Source of the DNA: Rhodothermales bacterium
GTDB lineage: Bacteria; Bacteroidota; Rhodothermia; Rhodothermales; VXPQ01
Length of the DNA stretch: 64,000 nucleotides
Direction of reading: 5' to 3'
Assembly (NCBI GenBank): GCA_951812335.1
Contig: OX638293.1
Location: 2,313,584-2,377,583, forward strand
Under the pieces are notes generated by a model. The model was not told where the DNA came from. It searched no databases and saw only the letters and a program-made list of their open reading frames with translations. Position numbers and translations under genes: made by a program. This document shows positions 57,977-64,000 of the stretch, one piece after another; the stretch's first letter is position 1, and each line of letters opens with the position of its first letter.

Positions 57977-59015
57977 CTTGCTGCCGCACTCTGCCAGATC
58001 GTCCGGAATCGTGGCCGCTACGATCGTTGCCGTACTCCTTGCATCGTGCGCGTCCATACGAGAAACGGACCGGGATTCGGATCGGAAATCGGATCGAAAA
58101 AGCCTCTATCGTTACGAATATACGCAGGTTCATATGGGGGTACAAGCCCGGATCGTTTTGTATGCGCCGGATCGGGCGGCAGCAGAACGAGGGGCCGTGG
58201 CCGCCTTTGACCGGATCGCCGCTCTCGACGCAACCATGAGCGATTACCGCCAGGACAGCGAACTGATGCGCCTTGCGGATCAGAGCGGCACAGGACCGGT
58301 CCCCGTAAGCGGCGACCTGTTCCATGTCCTTCGCAGGAGCGAGCAGTTGGCCCGGCTGTCCGGCGGCGCCTTCGACGTGACAACGGGGCCGCTGGTGCAG
58401 CTCTGGCGCAAGGCACGGGATACAAGCACGCTGCCCGCACCGGACGCCCTGAAAGCCGCTCGTTCGTGCAGCGGCTATACTCTTCTGAGGCTCGATCCGG
58501 AAGATTCCACGGCCACACTCGCAAGCAAGGACATGCGCCTCGACCTCGGGGGCATCGCCAAGGGATTCGCTGCAGACGAAGCGCTGGCAATCCTCCGGGC
58601 GCACGGCCTCCCGCACGCCATGATCGAATTCGGCGGGGACATTGTAACAGGCGATGCCCCGCCCCGCGAACCCGACGCGGCGGACAGCCCGGAAAACGAC
58701 AAGGCTGGCTGGCGCATTACGGAACCGCTCTCCGGGCGGACGTTCCATCTGGCGAACGCCGCCATATCCACTTCCGGCGACACGGTGCAGTTCGTTGTGA
58801 TCGACGGAGTGCGGTACTCCCATGTGCTGGACCCGCGCACGGGTATACCGCTCACCAGCCGTATCGCGGTGACCGTCATTGCGCCGGAGGGCATCCTCTC
58901 GGACGGGCTGGCGACGATGCTGTCGGTGCTTGGCCCCGAGGCGGGCATGGACCTCGTCGAGCGCACCTGGCCGGATGTACAGGCGTTCTTCGACGACGCC
59001 GGAGCAGAGAAATAG
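57960..59015 (+). CDS. apbE: FAD:protein FMN transferase (ApbE) lipoprotein
   Basis: Lipobox LASC; HMG, SEL, GAFDVT.GPL..LW, LDLGGIAKGFAAD, GGD, STSG and HVLDPRTG. Confidence 0.96.
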   Translation: MPRKNILLPHSARSSGIVAATIVAVLLASCASIRETDRDSDRKSDRKSLYRYEYTQVHMGVQARIVLYAPDRAAAERGAVAAFDRIAALDATMSDYRQDSELMRLADQSGTGPVPVSGDLFHVLRRSEQLARLSGGAFDVTTGPLVQLWRKARDTSTLPAPDALKAARSCSGYTLLRLDPEDSTATLASKDMRLDLGGIAKGFAADEALAILRAHGLPHAMIEFGGDIVTGDAPPREPDAADSPENDKAGWRITEPLSGRTFHLANAAISTSGDTVQFVVIDGVRYSHVLDPRTGIPLTSRIAVTVIAPEGILSDGLATMLSVLGPEAGMDLVERTWPDVQAFFDDAGAEK

Positions 59016-59036
59016 CTTCCTGCGCCTGTCCCGCCC

Positions 59037-61091
59037 TTAATTCATTATGGCCAGATCCCGCACGGCATTCGCCAGCATGTGTACCTTCGCCGCATCTCCC
59101 GCAGCGGCTGCCTCGTCATCGAGCGTGTCGGACAACATCGTTAACGCCTCTTGCCGGGCCGCGCCCGACGCCTCTTCGGCGGCGGCGAGTTCTTCCCGCA
59201 GCGACGCGATCCGGTCCCCGGAAAGCTCTTCCGAGCGCTCAAGCTGATCCACGTAGGCATGCGCCAGCGCAAAGCTGGCCGGCCATACGAATGCGGGCTG
59301 TCCCTGGGCATTGAGATAGTCGAGTTTGACCGTCCCGGCGGCAGCGATCTCGTTTTCCGAAAGGTATTCGCTCGGCTTCAGTTCGAAGATGTCCAGCCCG
59401 CGCGCAATTTCCGAACTTACGAGCACGCCGTTGTACCAGTAAACCGACCAGCTCCCGCCCATCACCATACGGTCGGGGTTTACAGGGCCCCGGTCATGGT
59501 AAGCAATCTCTACGGGGTTTGAAGGATCGGTCCAGTCGAAAACGGAAATGCCTCCCTGGTACCAGGATTGCACCATGACGTCGCGTCCCGGAATCGGGAT
59601 CAGCGAACCGTTGTGCGCTACACAATTCTCCTGAGGCGTCTGCGCTTCCGGAATTTTGTAATAACTCTTGAACTGCATTTTGCCGTCTTCGAGAGTGAAA
59701 ATCGCGTTCGCCCCCCATTCCATGGGATCGGTGGCGCGGCACTTCGGCGCACCGCCTCCGCCCCATTCGTCCGTGAAGAGAATGCTGGCGCCGTCGTTAC
59801 TGAACGTTGCCGAGTGCCAGTAGGCGAAATTCGAGTCGGCGACCGCATCTATCCGCGTCGGATTGACAGGGTCCGAGATATCGAGCAGAAGCCCGTAGCC
59901 TTCGCAGGCGCCGCCGGCCAGGCCAATCTCCGGATACAGCGTGATGTCGTGGCACTGCGTAGGTCCGGGCCCAGGGCCGTCCCCCTCTTCCTGATCGAGT
60001 GGAAACCCGAACCGTTCCGAGAGGATCGCGGGAAGATTCTCGCGAAGCAACGTGCTGTCGGCTGCCGTGGGCGGGCCGGTTCCTTCCCGCTCTTCCACGA
60101 TTTCCGAAAGAAGCATGCCGACAAACTGCGACGGCAACACTTGCGCCTGGCTAAAAATTTCGACTATGAAAGCGCCCTCTGCCCGCGCCCGCTCGAGGGC
60201 AGCCAGGTCCTCCGGCGCCAGACCGTGCCTCCGAGGAGCTACGAGCCCCTCGAAAAGGCGCGGCGAACTCACGATCGCGGCCTGTTCGGGGTGCGCAAGA
60301 GGCACCTTGATTACCTCGACCCGGAACAACGCCGTATTCGGATCTTCCTCCGGCGAAGCGCCGGAACAACCGGCAAGCTCTTCTTCAGGACGCACCGGGG
60401 CGGACCCCGATACATAGACGTACACATTCTCGTCGTCATCCGGGTCTTTCAGCACCGAATGCGTGTGGGAACCGCGGCATGTCTGCACATTGGCGATATA
60501 GGCCGGATTTTCGATATCGCCGATGTCGAAGATGCGGATTCCGCGCAGGCGATCCGGACTCACCGCTTCCTCTACGCCTTCGGTCCCGCAATCGAGCCGA
60601 CCGCCCAGCCCTTCTCCCGAGACGAAAAGCAGGTTTTCATACACCGAAACGTCACTTTGGGACGCAGGGCAGAGATAATCGATCACGAGGTCGGGCTCAC
60701 GGGGATTCGAGATATCCCATACCTGCATGCCGTTATAGTTGCCCTGGATGGCGTAGTCGCCGGTAAAGGCCAGGTCGGAGTTGGTAACCCCGATGAAGCC
60801 TTCCGGGGGCGGCATCGACGAGAGAGCGCGCAGGTTCCATATGGCTTCTTCGGCATCGAACAATCCCGCTTCGAGCCCGACGCGGGAGTCGGCATATTGA
60901 ATGGGGGCCACAGACCGCTCAGGCTCAGCCTGTGCAGAAGGGGCATCGGCCACGGAATCGGCCGCTGTCATCGCGGGATTGTGGGCGCACGCGGAGAGTC
61001 CGCCAAGCAGGCCTGCGCAAAGCAGAATCGACCAGACACGGTGGGTGGCTGCCCAGGCAAGGGGACGATAAAGGAACACGTTGGTTTTCAT
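59037..61091 (-). CDS. LVIVD repeat lipoprotein (beta-propeller)
   Basis: Lipobox LSAC; NSDLAF, QSDVSVY, CRGSHTH, QCHDIT, YWHSATF, CVAHNG and QSWYQGG. Confidence 0.85.
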   Translation of the reverse strand: MKTNVFLYRPLAWAATHRVWSILLCAGLLGGLSACAHNPAMTAADSVADAPSAQAEPERSVAPIQYADSRVGLEAGLFDAEEAIWNLRALSSMPPPEGFIGVTNSDLAFTGDYAIQGNYNGMQVWDISNPREPDLVIDYLCPASQSDVSVYENLLFVSGEGLGGRLDCGTEGVEEAVSPDRLRGIRIFDIGDIENPAYIANVQTCRGSHTHSVLKDPDDDENVYVYVSGSAPVRPEEELAGCSGASPEEDPNTALFRVEVIKVPLAHPEQAAIVSSPRLFEGLVAPRRHGLAPEDLAALERARAEGAFIVEIFSQAQVLPSQFVGMLLSEIVEEREGTGPPTAADSTLLRENLPAILSERFGFPLDQEEGDGPGPGPTQCHDITLYPEIGLAGGACEGYGLLLDISDPVNPTRIDAVADSNFAYWHSATFSNDGASILFTDEWGGGGAPKCRATDPMEWGANAIFTLEDGKMQFKSYYKIPEAQTPQENCVAHNGSLIPIPGRDVMVQSWYQGGISVFDWTDPSNPVEIAYHDRGPVNPDRMVMGGSWSVYWYNGVLVSSEIARGLDIFELKPSEYLSENEIAAAGTVKLDYLNAQGQPAFVWPASFALAHAYVDQLERSEELSGDRIASLREELAAAEEASGAARQEALTMLSDTLDDEAAAAGDAAKVHMLANAVRDLAIMN

Positions 61092-61143
61092 AGTCCATGT
61101 TCGGGTTGAAGGAAAAAGGATTAAAACGGACAGGCGTCAGGGG

Positions 61144-61833
61144 TCAACTATCCTCTCCGGCGTCAGGCAACTGGCCAAGCATGAGTTCCATCCGGGCGAT
61201 CTCTGTAACCTGGTCTACGTGAATACCCGAAGCAAGCTTAAAAGCCGCTTCGTCCAGCGCTGCCCCATCGGTACTGAAAAGCTCGTCGACCATATGAACC
61301 GCCCCGGCGTGGTGCCGGATCATATAGGTCAGAAAGAGCCGGTCGAAATCCGGGCCCCGGGCCGCTTCGAGCTCCTGCAGTTGCTCCTGCGTGAGCATGC
61401 CGGGCATGTGCATGACATGGTCTCCGGCGCCATGCACCATCAGGTTTATTCCCGTGATGTGCACTTCGGGCGCCGGCTGGCCGCGATCGCGAAGCCATTG
61501 CTGCATAAGAGCAATTTCGTCCTGCTGCGCATTGATGATACGGGCAGCCAGCGTCTGCACCTGCGGACTCGCACCATTGGAAGGCGCCAGTTCCGACATG
61601 ACAAGGGCCTGCGCATGGTGCGCGATCATGCCCGTCATGAAGTGGGTATCGGCTTCGGTGAATTTGGTGAGCGCACTATCCTGGCGCGCCCAGTAGAGCG
61701 CCTCCAGTTCGGCTTTCGAGAGCCGGGCGGCGTGCTCCGTTACCAGGCCGCCCGTACTGCCGCAGGCCGCCGTGGTAAGCATAATCAGCAGGGCGGCGAT
61801 CCGGTCAAGGTGCTTCATGCTTTTTGTCCACAT
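61144..61833 (-). CDS. DUF305 domain lipoprotein (ferritin-like, CopM-related)
   Basis: Lipobox TAAC; AD..FM.GMIAHHAQA, MPGML, FD..FL..MIRHHAGA and Q..EI..M. Confidence 0.92.
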   Translation of the reverse strand: MWTKSMKHLDRIAALLIMLTTAACGSTGGLVTEHAARLSKAELEALYWARQDSALTKFTEADTHFMTGMIAHHAQALVMSELAPSNGASPQVQTLAARIINAQQDEIALMQQWLRDRGQPAPEVHITGINLMVHGAGDHVMHMPGMLTQEQLQELEAARGPDFDRLFLTYMIRHHAGAVHMVDELFSTDGAALDEAAFKLASGIHVDQVTEIARMELMLGQLPDAGEDS

Positions 61834-61854
61834 GTGTAAGATACCGTACAGGTT

Positions 61855-61882
61855 CGTTACGGATGCGTTACAAATACGTTAC
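61855..61882. promoter_or_regulatory. Three CGTTAC direct repeats at exact 11-bp pitch upstream of the DUF305 gene
   Basis: CGTTAC at 61855, 61866 and 61877, plus degenerate CCGTAC at 61844. Confidence 0.6.
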
Positions 61883-61989
61883 AAAAAATCCAAGATATGC
61901 AATTCATAGCATGCCATTCGGGGCAACCCCGGCGCACCCCGCAGCAGGTTCCTGGGGTCAGGACCTCGCATATCCCGGAACCATAGCAC

Positions 61990-63441
61990 CTATCGCGCCG
62001 CCCGTCTCTTGTCATCCAGCAATTGCTTCAGGCGGGTCATGGTTTCGACATGCTCCGGGCTGTCCGCCAGATTGACGTATTCTTGCGGATCTTCCTGATA
62101 ATCGTACAATTCCACGCCGGCCTGCCCCTCCGCCCACTCGGTGTACCGGAAACGCGGAGTCCGGATGGTGTGCCCGAGAACCGGCTCGTCAAACGCTTCA
62201 GGGTGCATCCAGCGGGCACGGCTCCAGGCTACCGTCAGCGCGGCCGGCCTACCGGGATGGGCGGGGTCTGCAAGAATCGGCGTCATGCTCTGACCGGCCA
62301 GATGCTCCGGCAGCGGCAGGCCGCTCAGTTCCACCAGCGTCGGGTACAGATCGACCAACTCCGTGAGCGCCTCTGTGGCGGCGCCAGCGTGTTGGCGCTC
62401 CGGAGTAGCCACGATCAACGGGACCCGGACGGAGCCTTCGAACAGATCGCCCTTCTGCCAAAGGCCATGCTGCCCCAGATGGTATCCGTGATCGGACACG
62501 AATACGACGATGGTATTATCGGCCATGTCCAGACGCTCAAGGGCGTCGAGCAAACGCCCGACCTGCGTATCCATGAAAGAGATCGACGCATAGTAGGCCT
62601 GGATGATCTCCCGGCGCTGATCCACGGTCAGTTCGCGTTGTTTGGGACGGTCGGCCAGCGCGGCTATCGGGATGTCGTCGCGGTCTCCGGGCTCTTCCAT
62701 CACCGGATGGATTTCGCTCAGGGGATACTTTTCGAAATAGGAACGCGGCGCTACGTAGGGCGTGTGCGGCCGGTAAAAACCCACGGCCAGAAACAGCGGC
62801 TGGTCCGTTTGCGCTGCATGATGCTCCTCAAGCAACGCGATGGCGGCGCTGGCGCCCAGGGCGTCGGTGTGTTCGCCCTCGTCGTCTTCAAGGCTCAACC
62901 AGCTCAGGGTACCGCCGAACTGACCCGGGACCAGGGTATGGATCCGGTCGTGCACTTCCCGGTCGATCCCGCGCGGGTTGACGACGTGATCCCACGAAAG
63001 CGCATCGTCCAGGCCGTCGGCGCCGATTTCCCGGGGGACGCCATAGTGAAATATCTTGCCGACCCGTGCGGTAAAGTAGCCGTGCTGCCGGAACCATTGA
63101 GGAAGCGTCGCGACCTCGGGAATATGCACGCGAAAGCTATCCTGGTTCGTAAGCACGCCGGTTTGTTCGGGGTATAGTCCGGTCAGAAAACTGACCCGGC
63201 TGGGATTACAGACCGGATACTGGCAGTACGCGCGATTGAAACGCATTCCCTTTGCGGCAAGGCGATCGATGTGGGGACTCTGGACCAGGTTATGACCATA
63301 CGCGCCCAGATCGTTGTTGAGATCGTCTACGGCGATGAACAGGACATTGGGACGTTCTACAGGCTGGTTGCATGCCGCAAGAAACAGGCAGGCCATGCCT
63401 GCGAAAAAGGCAACAGACCGAAAAGGCACAAGAGACCTCAT
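61990..63441 (-). CDS. Sulfatase lipoprotein (Cys-type, iduronate/choline sulfatase-like)
   Basis: PNVLFIAVDDL, CNPSRVSFLTG, GKIFH, GFYRPHTP, SDHGYHLG, KGDLFE and ELVDLYPT. Confidence 0.95.
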   Translation of the reverse strand: MRSLVPFRSVAFFAGMACLFLAACNQPVERPNVLFIAVDDLNNDLGAYGHNLVQSPHIDRLAAKGMRFNRAYCQYPVCNPSRVSFLTGLYPEQTGVLTNQDSFRVHIPEVATLPQWFRQHGYFTARVGKIFHYGVPREIGADGLDDALSWDHVVNPRGIDREVHDRIHTLVPGQFGGTLSWLSLEDDEGEHTDALGASAAIALLEEHHAAQTDQPLFLAVGFYRPHTPYVAPRSYFEKYPLSEIHPVMEEPGDRDDIPIAALADRPKQRELTVDQRREIIQAYYASISFMDTQVGRLLDALERLDMADNTIVVFVSDHGYHLGQHGLWQKGDLFEGSVRVPLIVATPERQHAGAATEALTELVDLYPTLVELSGLPLPEHLAGQSMTPILADPAHPGRPAALTVAWSRARWMHPEAFDEPVLGHTIRTPRFRYTEWAEGQAGVELYDYQEDPQEYVNLADSPEHVETMTRLKQLLDDKRRAAR

Positions 63442-63545
63442 TGGAAGAGGGCAAACGGATCGGGTGATTCTCCAACCAAGAAGGGCAATCTTCGTCAATT
63501 AAGCAAGGGGCTCTTCGCCGTTGCCGCGAGGATGCACCGCATCGC

Positions 63546-64000
63546 TCATCGATTCAGATTAAGCGTGGCCCCGAAATAGAGAAACCTGCGATAGTTCGTC
63601 GTGCGCTCGCCGCGTTCCGTATAATCGGCTGAATACTCGTAGTCGATCACATTGGCCTGGTTGAACACATTGCCAACGGAAAAATAGAACGTAATATCGT
63701 GCCCCTCTCCAAACCGGAAAAAATAGCTCAGTGAGGCATCCAGCCGCCGAAAATCCGGCAGGCGCTCCGACCCGACCGACCCTTCTATAGGCAAGAAGTA
63801 GCTCCCATTTCCTTCGGCAAGAGCACCAACTACCGGCGTGACAGGACGCCCTGTAGCATGCCGGAATGTGAGGCCGCTGCTCAAAAAACCAACGAGTCGG
63901 AATTTCGCCACGATAGTCAGGTTGTGCGTGATATCGAAGGGCGAGGGAGCCCGCTCATAGACGACCTCTCGGCCAAGATGGCGACGCTGTACGCGACGCG
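63546..64000 (-). CDS. TonB-dependent receptor, C-terminal part (5' end beyond the window)
   Basis: Frame is open to the window edge; FDITHNL, TGRP.T, RLPDFRRLDAS, NVFN..N and terminal barrel strand. Confidence 0.82.
   Translation of the reverse strand, partial: RRVQRRHLGREVVYERAPSPFDITHNLTIVAKFRLVGFLSSGLTFRHATGRPVTPVVGALAEGNGSYFLPIEGSVGSERLPDFRRLDASLSYFFRFGEGHDITFYFSVGNVFNQANVIDYEYSADYTERGERTTNYRRFLYFGATLNLNR

Overview
GC-rich (~60%) bacterial chromosomal window. Gene content (T9SS C-terminal domain, GWxTD, DUF2911, DUF6503, DUF5916, Bacteroidota-style histidine kinase) suggests a Rhodothermota/Bacteroidota-like organism; this is inference, no search was run. 1-32 kb is mostly housekeeping: HU/IHF, M1 peptidase, ppc, msrB, yraN, purA, secDF, asnS, pdhABC, icd and a comF-like gene. 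32.9-35.7 kb holds an intact VapBC-type toxin-antitoxin pair among broken AlbA/RecG-like, HicB and Uma2 remnants. 36.8-64 kb is a large, mostly exported sugar-redox region: three Gfo/Idh/MocA enzymes, four DUF1080-bearing domains in two genes or fewer by my reading (two in one fusion, one lipoprotein), two ThuA domains, a PQQ-type dehydrogenase, an aldo/keto reductase, CBM9-like proteins, a GntP-type permease, an FGE-like protein, ApbE, a sulfatase and a TonB-dependent receptor, with no recognisable classical glycoside hydrolase. The most striking unexplained structure is a ~253-bp intergenic repeat family: 5 full copies and 3 partial ones, with ~21-bp imperfect terminal inverted repeats (GGATACTCTGAT...) and internal hairpins whose copies differ by compensatory base-pair changes. 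No transposase, rRNA, tRNA or CRISPR array was seen.
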